Assembly: GCA_031549455.1 (NCBI GenBank)
Contig: JAVBPT010000007.1
Location: 1 to 60,276 of the forward strand
DNA length: 60,276 nucleotides
Source: Eubacteriales bacterium
GTDB taxonomy: Bacteria > Bacillota > Clostridia > Lachnospirales > JAKSVV01
Reading direction: 5' to 3'
How positions within the stretch are numbered: position 1 is the stretch's first letter; every line of letters starts with the position of its first letter. Made by a program: the position numbers and the translations under genes. The notes beneath the pieces are model-generated. The model was not told where the DNA came from. It saw only the letters and a program-made list of their open reading frames with translations, and did no database searches. Below are positions 18,321-27,560 of this stretch, piece by piece.

Positions 18321-18796
18321 TAATATACGTTTACATCTGTGGCGCCATAATTGCTTATAACACTTTTTACAGCATCCACATTGTCTCCCTCAGTCTTTAC
18401 GGTTAGGATATACTTCCCTGTTTTAATGTGATCCTCATATCCCTTGCTTTCATTTTCGGGAATACCGAGATCAACAAGTGCCCCAACGACACCACCCGTT
18501 ACTGCCCCAGAAATGAGACCGGCAAGCGGTCCAGCTGCGGCGACCACACCCAGACCTGGGATGGCAAATGTTCCAGCACCAATCAAAAGACCAGCAACAC
18601 CACCCAAAATGGTTCCGGCGGTCACACCATTGGAGATGTTGTCGCTAGCGCCGGCATTGTCGGAACTTTCCGCGTCGTCGCTACTCCCGCCGACAATAGA
18701 TATATTCTCTGTGTTAAACCCCTCATTTCGAAGTTTATAAGTAGCATTTTCGGCGTCTTGTCTGGTATTGAAAACACCAATTACAGTATTTGTCAT
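18320..18796 (-). CDS. General stress protein 17M-like glycine-zipper membrane protein
   Basis: VIGVF...DAENA...GF...ISIV start; glycine zipper GLLIGAGTFAIPGLGVVAAAGPL; LVDLGIPE. AAGGAGG RBS before ATG 18796. Confidence 0.8.
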   Translation of the reverse strand: MTNTVIGVFNTRQDAENATYKLRNEGFNTENISIVGGSSDDAESSDNAGASDNISNGVTAGTILGGVAGLLIGAGTFAIPGLGVVAAAGPLAGLISGAVTGGVVGALVDLGIPENESKGYEDHIKTGKYILTVKTEGDNVDAVKSVISNYGATDVNVY

Positions 18797-18823
18797 ATGA
18801 ACCTCCTTCTTAAGTTTCATCCT

Positions 18824-18852
18824 TATTTTTACCAATAGATGTATAATTATAC
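18824..18852 (-). promoter_or_regulatory. Putative sigma-F/sigma-G-type (forespore) promoter
   Basis: Minus strand reads GTATA, 14-nt spacer, GGTAAAAATA, close to the sigma-F consensus GYATA-N~15-GGnnAnAnT. Confidence 0.5.
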
Positions 18853-18923
18853 ATTGGGGTTTTGTTTACATAATTCCTAGGGAAAACCTGTAGATAAATG
18901 GTGTTCAAAATGTGGAAAACCTC

Positions 18924-18952
18924 TTTACAAATCGATTTATTTGTGATATACT
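18924..18952 (+). promoter_or_regulatory. Sigma-A promoter of veg (extended -10)
   Basis: TTTACA (18924-18929), 17-nt spacer containing TG, TATACT (18947-18952). Confidence 0.65.
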
Positions 18953-18961
18953 GACTGTGTC

Positions 18962-19264
18962 ATGGAGGGGGAATTTATAGGAAAGACGGTGATAATAATG
19001 ATAATTAGTAATGATATCACGAAGGTGAGAGAAAATATTGAAGGATTCTTGGGTCAACCAGTTGTGATAAAATGTAACAGAGGAAAAAGAAGAACCACCA
19101 TATCACGTGGAGTCCTAGAAAGTACATATCCTAGCGTTTTCGTAGTCACTTTTAATAACGAAGAAGAAAATACATCACATAAAGCATCCTTTAGCTATAC
19201 GGATTTGTTAACAAAGAGAGTGGAATTTATGGTGGTAAGGAATAAGCAAGAAAGTTTTGAGTAA
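18962..19264 (+). CDS. veg: Veg family protein (true start probably a few codons downstream)
   Basis: G..V....NRGKRR....GVLESTYPSVFVV...SFSYTDLLT motif; lies upstream of a SPOCS gene as in Clostridia. Confidence 0.88.
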   Translation: MEGEFIGKTVIIMIISNDITKVRENIEGFLGQPVVIKCNRGKRRTTISRGVLESTYPSVFVVTFNNEEENTSHKASFSYTDLLTKRVEFMVVRNKQESFE

Positions 19265-19282
19265 TTCAAAACTTTCTTTTTT
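19248..19282 (+). terminator. veg terminator overlapping the stop codon
   Basis: AAGAAAGTTTTGA-GTAAT-TCAAAACTTTCTT followed by TTTT. Confidence 0.75.
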
Positions 19283-19472
19283 ATCAGAGCGGAAATAGAG
19301 AAAAAGAATGAAACCTCATGGGTCTAGTCAAGCAGAGGATGCATACAGATTGAGCATATAGCATAAATGTAAAGTATGGAATTTCAAAACTTTTTTAATA
19401 AATTAGTACTAAAACTTCTCCTTAAATTATATGTATGTATTAAACATATTTTAATTAGGGGGAAGTTTTTAT

Positions 19473-21002
19473 ATGAATGTTGAAAAGTCAAAGCTAAGAA
19501 TGTCCTTTTTTTCAAAAGAAGAGAATGTAAAGAGCATTGTTGAGGACGATGTTATTGTAAGAGATGTCAATCCGGATATTTTAAATATCATTGAAGTTTC
19601 GGGAGTACCTTACATACGGGACAAGAAGAAGGATGGGGAAAAAATTATCGTCTCTGGAAGCATAAGATATAACATTATATATATAGCAGATGAGGAAGAA
19701 AAAAATGTACATAGCATGCAAGGGGAAATTGGATTTATTGAAAAATTTGAATCCGAATCAAATGTGGATGAGATTGATACAGACATTAAATTAGAATATC
19801 TGCAAGGCACATTGTTAAATAGCAGGAAGGTGAATCTAAAAACTATTATCCATATTAGTGTGGATTCCAACGGCGAATATGATGAGGATGTGGTGACCAA
19901 TGTATTAAATGAGCCGAATATACAAAAGATAGAAAAGAGAATGAAAAACTGTATTCACGTTGAAAAGATTAAGGAAAGATTTCTGGAAAAAGAAAAATTT
20001 GTGGTTCCTGCTAACAAGCCATACATCAGTGAAATTTTAAAAACGGATGTAAGACTCAACAATGTGGATGTGAATAGCATGGGAGATGAACTCTTGGTAA
20101 CAGGAAACCTGGTGCTTATGATTCTATACAATTCCGATGAAACCGATGCCATTGACTTTATCGAGTTTAATATGCCGATTCGTGAATCCATTAAGGGGTC
20201 GTATGATGATGTGACTTATGACATCAAATTGGATATTGAGAACATCGATCTTCATGTTGAAGAGGACAATGAAAATGAAAATAGACTTGTCAATTTTGAA
20301 ACGGTTCTAAACTGTAAAATTGATGTGATTGGAAGTCAAGAGATGACAATTTTAGATGACATTTATTCACTCGACACCAAACTAGCTGTGGGCGAAAAGG
20401 ATATGGTTTACGATGTAATGGTTTGTCAAAATAAAAATTCTTATAATATTAGAGAGATGATCAAAATCGATAAGGCAAACATTATGCAAGTATATAATGT
20501 TTATGCAAAAATTGATATTGAGAACATTACAGTTAAAAACAATATCACAGAAATCAGCGGGGTGATTCAGGCCAAAACCATTTATGTGGTTGCGGATGAC
20601 AACATGCCTTTAAATAGTCATGAAATCGAAATTCCATTTACACAGCTTGTGGACACCAAATCTTCAAGGGAGGGAATGAAGTGTTTTGCCACTGCTAAGG
20701 TAGAGGATATCAACTTCAACATGTTAAATCCGACCGAAATTGAGGTGCGTTTTGAAATCACACTAAATGCAAAGGTGTTGGAAGAAAACAAGGAGAATAT
20801 GATTATCTCCATCGAGCGTGAGGATGCACCGATAGAAAGCAGAATGAGTATGGTGATCTGCGTAGCGGATGCGGAAAAAAGACTTTGGGATGTGGCCAAA
20901 AATTATAATGCAAGTTTAGAACACATCAAATTACAAAATGATCATATCGAGATCAAGCCAGACACCATCATTGCAAAAGGTGAAAAAATTCTTATTTTAT
21001 AA
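19473..21002 (+). CDS. sipL: SPOCS (DUF3794) x3 plus LysM spore coat morphogenetic protein, SipL-like
   Basis: Three repeated beta-rich domains (PDILNII.VSG; KPYISEIL; IMQVYNV) and a C-terminal LysM-like LWDVAKNYNAS; between veg and a SASP gene. Confidence 0.75.
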   Translation: MNVEKSKLRMSFFSKEENVKSIVEDDVIVRDVNPDILNIIEVSGVPYIRDKKKDGEKIIVSGSIRYNIIYIADEEEKNVHSMQGEIGFIEKFESESNVDEIDTDIKLEYLQGTLLNSRKVNLKTIIHISVDSNGEYDEDVVTNVLNEPNIQKIEKRMKNCIHVEKIKERFLEKEKFVVPANKPYISEILKTDVRLNNVDVNSMGDELLVTGNLVLMILYNSDETDAIDFIEFNMPIRESIKGSYDDVTYDIKLDIENIDLHVEEDNENENRLVNFETVLNCKIDVIGSQEMTILDDIYSLDTKLAVGEKDMVYDVMVCQNKNSYNIREMIKIDKANIMQVYNVYAKIDIENITVKNNITEISGVIQAKTIYVVADDNMPLNSHEIEIPFTQLVDTKSSREGMKCFATAKVEDINFNMLNPTEIEVRFEITLNAKVLEENKENMIISIEREDAPIESRMSMVICVADAEKRLWDVAKNYNASLEHIKLQNDHIEIKPDTIIAKGEKILIL

Positions 21003-21087
21003 AACTTTTATAACCAAACTTGGTAAATTTTAAATGTTATATTTATTGAATTGTGTTACATAATATATTTGACGGAGGTGAAATAAA

Positions 21088-21285
21088 ATGGACAATTCAA
21101 TAAAGAATCAAGCTAAAGCAGCTCTTGACAGCTTTAAATATGAAGTTGCAAACGAAATCGGCGTAAACCTAAAACAAGGTTACAACGGTGACTTAACTAC
21201 AAAGCAAGCCGGATCAGTTGGCGGATATATGGTTAAGAAAATGATCGAAAAACAAGAAGCTCAAATGTCAGGATCAGCTAGATAG
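21088..21285 (+). CDS. Alpha/beta-type small acid-soluble spore protein
   Basis: AKAALDSFKYEVANEIGV...NGDLTTKQAGSVGGYMVKKMI; GGAGGTG RBS; sigma-G-like CATAATA at 21059-21065. Confidence 0.95.
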   Translation: MDNSIKNQAKAALDSFKYEVANEIGVNLKQGYNGDLTTKQAGSVGGYMVKKMIEKQEAQMSGSAR

Positions 21286-21315
21286 TTTAGAATATAGTAA
21301 ACAAACTAGATCAGT

Positions 21316-21349
21316 AAAAATGCACACTCTATGAGTTGTGTGTTTTTTT
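21316..21349 (+). terminator. Intrinsic terminator after the SASP gene
   Basis: AAAAATGCACACTC-TAT-GAGTTGTGTGTTTTTTT. Confidence 0.65.
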
Positions 21350-21470
21350 GTTCATTTATCGTATATTCATCGAAAACGTGTTTTTATACGGTTAAATAGA
21401 AAAAATCAATACGATCTTTGAAGTGATGATTGGATCAGCAAAATCTCTCTTTTCCTGGGGAACAAAATAT

Positions 21471-21499
21471 TTGACAAACCCTTTCTGAAATGGTAATAT
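21471..21499 (+). promoter_or_regulatory. Sigma-A promoter of gyrA
   Basis: TTGACA (21471-21476), 17-nt spacer containing TG, TAATAT (21494-21499). Confidence 0.7.
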
Positions 21500-21532
21500 T
21501 ATAGCATAATTCGTATATAGAGGGAGAAGGTT

Positions 21533-24064
21533 ATGTTAACGAACAACGATACAAATAAAGTGGTGAATGTCAACATTGATGAAGAAATGAGAAGATCCTA
21601 TATAGATTATGCGATGAGTGTAATTGTGTCACGGGCACTGCCAGATGTCCGGGATGGATTAAAACCGGTACATAGACGAATCCTATACTCAATGTTTGAA
21701 AGCGGTTATACCAATGACAAACAATTCCGTAAATGTGCACGTGTGGTTGGGGATACCATGGGTAAATGTCACCCGCATGGTGACTCTGCAATCTATGATG
21801 CATTGGTGAATCTGGCACAAGATTTTAGTACGAGATATATGTTAATCGATTCCCACGGAAACTTTGGTTCGATTGATGGAGACAGTGCTGCGGCGATGCG
21901 TTATACAGAATGTAAACTCAGCAAAATCTCAGAGGAACTCCTTCGGGATCTCGGAAAAGACACGGTGGATATGGAACCAAACTTTGATGAAACCTTGAAA
22001 GAACCAGTAGTTTTGCCGGCTCGTTATCCAAACCTGCTTGCAAACGGCACAACCGGGATTGCGGTTGGAATGGCGACCAATATCCCACCTCATAATCTTC
22101 GGGAAATCATAGATGCGGTGTTAAAAATGATTGACAATTTCGTTGAAAATGATAAAGAAACGGATATAGAAGATTTAATTAAGATTGTGAAAGGACCGGA
22201 TTTCCCAACCGGGGCCACCATTTTGAGTACGCCAGAATTGAAGAAGGCTTATCGAACGGGAAGAGGCATTATTAAGATTCGTGGTGTGGCAGCGATCGAG
22301 GAACACAAGGGAAAGGATCGGATTATTATTACAGAAATCCCGTATCGTGTGAATAAGGCAAATCTGATTGAAAAGGTTGCAGAACTGGTTCGAGATAAGA
22401 AAATAGAAGGTATTTCAGACCTAAGGGATGAATCCAATCGTGAAGGAATTCGGATTGTGGTTGAATTAAAAAGGGATGCGAATGCCAACGTGGTATTGAA
22501 TAAACTATACAAGTTTACAGCATTACAGTCCTCTTTTGGAATCAACATGCTTGCGCTTGTAAACTCAGAGCCAAAGACTTTAAACCTAAAGCAAATGCTT
22601 TCCTACTACTTAAATCACCAAAGGGAAGTGGAAACAAGAAGAATTAAATATGACTTAAAGAAGGCAGAGGATCGTGCACATATTTTGGAAGGATTGCGCA
22701 TTGCTTTAAATAACATTGATGAGATCGTTCGAATTATTAAATCCTCAAAAGACGTCGATACGGCCAAACAGGAATTAATGAAGGCATTCGGTCTTACTGA
22801 AATACAGGCGCAAGCCATTGTGGACATGAGACTAAAAACGCTGACTGGACTCGAAAAGGAAAAGATTGAAGCAGAATATGCAGAGCTGATGAAGACAATT
22901 ACCGAATTAAAAGCTATCCTTGCGGATGAGAAAAAACTGTATGCAGTGATTAAAGAGTATCTATCTAAAATTCGAGAAAAATTTGGAGACAAAAGAAGAA
23001 CCACCTTCACACAGGATGAGGGTGACTTTGAAGAAGAAGATTTGATTAAAAATGATCGAAATGTTGTGACCATGACCTACCTGGGGTATATTAAACGTGT
23101 ACCGGTAGACACTTATACGGTGCAAAATCGTGGAGGCAGAGGTATTAAGGCGCTTGAAAAGAGGGAAGATGATTTCATACAAAACATCTTCATTTCCGAT
23201 GCACATAACCATCTCCTCTTCTTTACAAATAGAGGGATTGTATATAAATTAAAGACATATGAAATTCCGGAGGCAAGTAGAGTGGCAAGGGGAATGAACA
23301 TCAAGAGTTTACTACCACTTTCAGCGGATGAAAAGATCACCGCAGTGATCTCTATTAAAGACTTCGATGAGAGCAAATTCTTATTGATGGCAACCAAAAA
23401 TGGAATTGTGAAAAAGTCACAACTCTCCAATTATCAAAACATCAGAAAGACAGGAATTATTGGAATCAATTTAAGAGATGATGATGAACTCATCAGAGTA
23501 TGTATCACGAACGGAAACGAGGAAATCGTGCTTGCGACCCATGACGGCTTTGGCATTCGATTTAAAGAGGAAGATGTGAGAGTCATTGGACGATCTGGAA
23601 CGGGTGTAACCGGAATCAAGCTTCGTGAAAAAGACGTTGTGGTGGGGATGGAAGTACTGGCAGAAGATAAAAAGATTCTGGTGATCACAAAGAGAGGACT
23701 TGGAAAGGTATTTAAGCAAGACGGAATATCTCTTCAAAAGAGGGCCGGAAAAGGAGTCAAGATTCATAAAGTAACTGAGAAGACGGGCAGTATTGTAGGG
23801 ATGAGAACCGTTCACGATATAGACGAGATCATGATCATCAACTCCATTGGTGTCATCATTCGACTAAAGATTGAAAATATTTCTGAGATGGGCCGAGTAA
23901 CCCAAGGAGTAAAACTCATTAATCTTGAAAAAGACGTGGAAGTCTCTTCCGTTGCCAAGATCCAGCTGGATGAAAGTGCGTTAGAAGTGGGCATTGGTGC
24001 GGACGATGATGAGGAAGAAAATCCACAAACAGCACTTAATACGAATGGAGATGAGAATGTATAA
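21533..24064 (+). CDS. gyrA: DNA gyrase subunit A
   Basis: SYIDYAMSVIVSRALPDVRDGLKPVHRR; AAMRYTE catalytic Tyr; GyrA-box QNRGGRG; C-terminal pinwheel repeats and acidic tail. Confidence 0.96.
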   Translation: MLTNNDTNKVVNVNIDEEMRRSYIDYAMSVIVSRALPDVRDGLKPVHRRILYSMFESGYTNDKQFRKCARVVGDTMGKCHPHGDSAIYDALVNLAQDFSTRYMLIDSHGNFGSIDGDSAAAMRYTECKLSKISEELLRDLGKDTVDMEPNFDETLKEPVVLPARYPNLLANGTTGIAVGMATNIPPHNLREIIDAVLKMIDNFVENDKETDIEDLIKIVKGPDFPTGATILSTPELKKAYRTGRGIIKIRGVAAIEEHKGKDRIIITEIPYRVNKANLIEKVAELVRDKKIEGISDLRDESNREGIRIVVELKRDANANVVLNKLYKFTALQSSFGINMLALVNSEPKTLNLKQMLSYYLNHQREVETRRIKYDLKKAEDRAHILEGLRIALNNIDEIVRIIKSSKDVDTAKQELMKAFGLTEIQAQAIVDMRLKTLTGLEKEKIEAEYAELMKTITELKAILADEKKLYAVIKEYLSKIREKFGDKRRTTFTQDEGDFEEEDLIKNDRNVVTMTYLGYIKRVPVDTYTVQNRGGRGIKALEKREDDFIQNIFISDAHNHLLFFTNRGIVYKLKTYEIPEASRVARGMNIKSLLPLSADEKITAVISIKDFDESKFLLMATKNGIVKKSQLSNYQNIRKTGIIGINLRDDDELIRVCITNGNEEIVLATHDGFGIRFKEEDVRVIGRSGTGVTGIKLREKDVVVGMEVLAEDKKILVITKRGLGKVFKQDGISLQKRAGKGVKIHKVTEKTGSIVGMRTVHDIDEIMIINSIGVIIRLKIENISEMGRVTQGVKLINLEKDVEVSSVAKIQLDESALEVGIGADDDEEENPQTALNTNGDENV

Positions 24065-25031
24065 TTACAGATCCATTTTGGGAAATGAGGGGATGCTTTC
24101 AAATCTCAGCAAGCTGGTGGCCTCTCGCGAGACCTCCCATGCGTATATGTTTATTAGTAAGGACGAGGTGAGCGCTAGACAAATTGCGAGCACCTTTGCA
24201 AAGTCTATTCTATGCTCGGATTTTGGGCAAGATGTGTGTGAAGCGTGCGCCTCTTGTATCGCATTTGACAAAGGGAATCACCCGGATGTGATCTGGATTG
24301 ATCTTATGGAAGACAAAAAATCGATCTCTGTGAAAGAGATCCGGGAAGCTTTGTTAGACATCGATATGAAACCCTACTCAAGCCCTTATAAAATTTATCT
24401 AATTGGTCATGTGGACCAGATGACAGAGGAGGCACAAAACACCATTTTAAAATCATTGGAAGAGCCCAACCAATACGTAAAGCTCATTTTATTGGTATCG
24501 GATCTCGAAAACGTGCTTACGACCATTCAGTCTCGCTGCTTAAAAATCAATATTGGACCAATAGAGGAGTCTCATTTAAAAGCGTATCTGGCAAGTCATG
24601 GTGTGTCAGATCAGGATCTTATAGATTTTTATATTTACTACGCGGCGGGAAGTAGAACCAAAATTGATCAGCTCATAAATGATCCCGATTTTGTAAAGAC
24701 TAGGGATGAGGTTTTGGATATGACAGATAAATTGGTTGAGAGTGATATTCTAAAGATCTTAGAAGTAAATCGGTTTTTTGAGTCACATAAAGAGAACATA
24801 CAGGTGGTGCTTGACATTTTGGAAACTTGGTTTAGGGATCTTTTGATGACGAAGAGAGGATTTCAGAAACTAATTAACCAGGATCGAAAAAAAGAGGTGG
24901 TTCGTCAAGCGGGGGTAGTATCGGAGGAAAAAATTTTTTTGATTCTTGAAAACTTAGCCCAATTTAAAAATCATTTAGAATACAATATCAATATGAAACT
25001 TGCAACACTTTTGTTGCAGGCGAATAGTTAG
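24057..25031 (+). CDS. holB: DNA polymerase III subunit delta'
   Basis: HAYMF, C..C..C..C zinc motif, NHPD, AQNTILKSLEEP, TIQSRC. GGAG RBS and ATG 24057 overlap the gyrA stop; precedes ricT. Confidence 0.9.
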   Translation: MYNYRSILGNEGMLSNLSKLVASRETSHAYMFISKDEVSARQIASTFAKSILCSDFGQDVCEACASCIAFDKGNHPDVIWIDLMEDKKSISVKEIREALLDIDMKPYSSPYKIYLIGHVDQMTEEAQNTILKSLEEPNQYVKLILLVSDLENVLTTIQSRCLKINIGPIEESHLKAYLASHGVSDQDLIDFYIYYAAGSRTKIDQLINDPDFVKTRDEVLDMTDKLVESDILKILEVNRFFESHKENIQVVLDILETWFRDLLMTKRGFQKLINQDRKKEVVRQAGVVSEEKIFLILENLAQFKNHLEYNINMKLATLLLQANS

Positions 25032-25036
25032 GAGAA

Positions 25037-25921
25037 GTGATGAAGGTTATAGGAGTAAAGCCTAAAAAATATGATAACATACAATACTATTTATGCGAAG
25101 ATTACAGAGTGACCGTTGGGTACAATGTAATCGTGGAGACGCCACTCGGACTTGAGTTTGCCAAAGTCCTTGTGCTCTACCGAAATGGGGAGAAAAACAC
25201 AGAAGGGTTAAATGAGGTTGTGAGGGTGGCAAGCTTCGCAGATCTAACAAGGCACAATCAAAATCTAGAGAGGGAAGAAGAGGCCAAAAAGACATTCGTT
25301 GAAAATGCAAAGAAGTTTAAATTAGAGATGAAGCTAATCAATGTTCGTTTCTTGTTTGATGCAAGCAAAATTATTTTCTACTTTACCGCAGAGGGAAGGG
25401 TTGATTTTAGAGAGTTTGTAAAAGATTTGGCGATGAAATATAGAGTTCGGATAGAATTACGGCAGATTGGTGTAAGAGATGAAACCAAGATGGTTGGCGG
25501 AATCGGAATCTGTGGCAGAAAGCTCTGCTGCTGTTCTGTTTTGGATGATTTTAAGGGGTCCTCGATCAATATGGCCAAAGAGCAGAACTTATCCCTCAAT
25601 CCAACCAAGATATCGGGCTCTTGTGGCCGGTTGATGTGTTGTCTTGAGTACGAAAATGAGGGCTATGCGGAGATTAATAGAACCTTACCGAGGGTATATG
25701 ATATTGTTAAGACAGAGGATGGAGAAGGAACCGTTATTGGTATCAACAGTCTGAAGAAGTTGGTTAAGGTTTCCTTTATAAAGCATCAGAAAGATGATGA
25801 ACCCACAACACTTGTAAAAGAGTTTAAGGGGGATGAGGTAAAAGTGGTTAAAAAAGGAGCCGCACAAACAGAAGAAAACCTAGACGAGCTCAAAAAACTT
25901 GAGGATAAAAATGAGCAATAA
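25037..25921 (+). CDS. ricT: PSP1-domain regulatory Fe-S complex subunit RicT (YaaT)
   Basis: FYFTAEGRVDFRE, RIELRQIGVRDE, GGIGICGRKLCC, KISGSCGRLMCCL. Confidence 0.92.
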   Translation: MMKVIGVKPKKYDNIQYYLCEDYRVTVGYNVIVETPLGLEFAKVLVLYRNGEKNTEGLNEVVRVASFADLTRHNQNLEREEEAKKTFVENAKKFKLEMKLINVRFLFDASKIIFYFTAEGRVDFREFVKDLAMKYRVRIELRQIGVRDETKMVGGIGICGRKLCCCSVLDDFKGSSINMAKEQNLSLNPTKISGSCGRLMCCLEYENEGYAEINRTLPRVYDIVKTEDGEGTVIGINSLKKLVKVSFIKHQKDDEPTTLVKEFKGDEVKVVKKGAAQTEENLDELKKLEDKNEQ

Positions 25922-26606
25922 AATGCTTTGCGATCTAGGGATCAATGGATTAAAAATTGAACAAGAAGAGGGTCTATTCCTGGTTGGAACAGACTCTGTT
26001 TTATTATCAGACTTCGTTCGAGCCAAAAAGGGGGCGAGTATAATAGATCTCGGAACAGGGACGGGGGTGCTTCCCATTCTTTTATCAGCTAAGACGGAGG
26101 CCCGTATTATTTATGGGATTGATATTGTGCCGGAAGCAGTGGCACTGGCCAAACGAAACGTGGAGAAAAATCAGCTCGAAGATAGGATTCTGATTGAAAG
26201 GGTGGATATCAAAGAGGCCCACCGTCATTACACCTCTTTCTTTGATGTGGTGGTGACCAATCCACCGTATATGCTGCCGAGTGAGAATAGCAAAAATCAG
26301 AAGATGCAGTGTGTTAATCAGGAGGAAAATTTAAGAATTGCAAGACATGAGATCTTGTGCACGATTGAGGATATCTTAAAGACAAGCAGTAGGCTTCTCG
26401 GGACGAAAGGGAAGTTTTATATCGTTTATAGACCGGAACGCCTCGCCACTCTTTTTTATTTGATGAAAAAGCATAGTATTGAGCCCAAACGAATGAAAAT
26501 GGTGTACCCATTTAAAAGTAGGGAGGCCAACATGGTGTTAGTGGAGGGTGTAAAAGACGGGAAAGAGGGTCTTAAGGTAGAGCCTATTCTCTGTATCAAT
26601 GGATGA
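25911..26606 (+). CDS. tRNA1(Val) (adenine37-N6)-methyltransferase (YabB/TrmN6 family)
   Basis: DSVLLSDF, DLGTGTG, NPPY, IARHE; conserved position after ricT. Confidence 0.88.
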   Translation: MSNKMLCDLGINGLKIEQEEGLFLVGTDSVLLSDFVRAKKGASIIDLGTGTGVLPILLSAKTEARIIYGIDIVPEAVALAKRNVEKNQLEDRILIERVDIKEAHRHYTSFFDVVVTNPPYMLPSENSKNQKMQCVNQEENLRIARHEILCTIEDILKTSSRLLGTKGKFYIVYRPERLATLFYLMKKHSIEPKRMKMVYPFKSREANMVLVEGVKDGKEGLKVEPILCING

Positions 26607-26620
26607 ATCGGGATGAGTAT

Positions 26621-26652
26621 AAAAAGAGGGCACATATGAGTGCTCTCTTTTA
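26621..26652. terminator. Terminator-like hairpin
   Basis: AAAAAGAGGGCAC-ATATGA-GTGCTCTCTTTT. Confidence 0.6.
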
Positions 26653-26681
26653 CATATATATGTATCAAAAAGGATTTCTAA

Positions 26682-27224
26682 ATGAGCGTTTGGGTCTATG
26701 AAAAGAATGGAAAAGTGGTTTCTAGGGTGTCTGATGCATGGGAAGATACGATTCTTGATGGGATCGAGACCGCAGTCGGAGAAGAGGGGGTGGTTCCTGA
26801 GAGAGACAAAAGAGAAGGAGATAAAAAAACACCCCGTGGGGTATACTGGATTGATAAGACATTTGGATGGGGGGAGCTTCCGGAAGGGAGAGATTTCCTG
26901 ATTCAGGGGATAGAGCACCTTAAGGTATCCGGACCGGATGAGTATTTTTGGGTGGATGATTCGGAGAGTGCGCTCTATAACCAGATTTATACAGGAAAGG
27001 ACGCCCCCTTTTCTTCGGCAGAAGATTTGTATCAGCCTGGCTATCGGTATGCACTTGTTCTAAGCTATAATAAGGAGAGGGCCCCGTATAGAGGGTCCGC
27101 AATCTTCGTCCATGTGTTAGAGCCTGGGAAGACTAGCACTCTGGGGTGTATTGCCTATCCGGAGGATGTATTCCTATTGATTGTCGCATATCTAGATATT
27201 CAATCCGTATTTAAAATTATGTAA
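26682..27224 (+). CDS. L,D-transpeptidase (YkuD) family protein
   Basis: KREGDKKTP.G.Y, WVDD..S..YN, GSAIFVH...TLGCIA with catalytic His and Cys. Confidence 0.82.
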   Translation: MSVWVYEKNGKVVSRVSDAWEDTILDGIETAVGEEGVVPERDKREGDKKTPRGVYWIDKTFGWGELPEGRDFLIQGIEHLKVSGPDEYFWVDDSESALYNQIYTGKDAPFSSAEDLYQPGYRYALVLSYNKERAPYRGSAIFVHVLEPGKTSTLGCIAYPEDVFLLIVAYLDIQSVFKIM

Positions 27225-27269
27225 ACAAAAAGACCTTCTAGGGTTGGTAGAAAGCCTTTGACTTTTCTC

Positions 27270-27560
27270 TTATAAATTTGTTTTTACATTCCCATCATCA
27301 TCAACATGTAGTCCGGCAAGTTTTGCCATGTCCACAATTGCTTCTTTGGAAATCTTGCTTCCTTTATAGTTGATTAGATTGTCCATATTGTTTGTAAATA
27401 GACAGCCCGCATTATATTTTTGTAATACGATTCTACCTGTATCATCAACAAAGATCTCAAGTGAATCTTTGATGTCGATATTTAGGTTCCTTCTAAGTTC
27501 TATTGGCAAAACAATCCGTCCAAGTTCGTCTACCTTTCTAACAATTCCTGTTGATTTCAT
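27270..27560 (-). CDS. abrB: AbrB-family transition-state regulator
   Basis: MKSTGIVRKVDELGRIVLPIELRR; AGGAGGGG RBS before ATG 27560. Confidence 0.88.
   Translation of the reverse strand: MKSTGIVRKVDELGRIVLPIELRRNLNIDIKDSLEIFVDDTGRIVLQKYNAGCLFTNNMDNLINYKGSKISKEAIVDMAKLAGLHVDDDGNVKTNL

Noticed and set aside
18880-24064. Replication origin near gyrA
   Set aside because: Only two imperfect DnaA-like boxes, and no dnaA, dnaN, recF or gyrB in the window.
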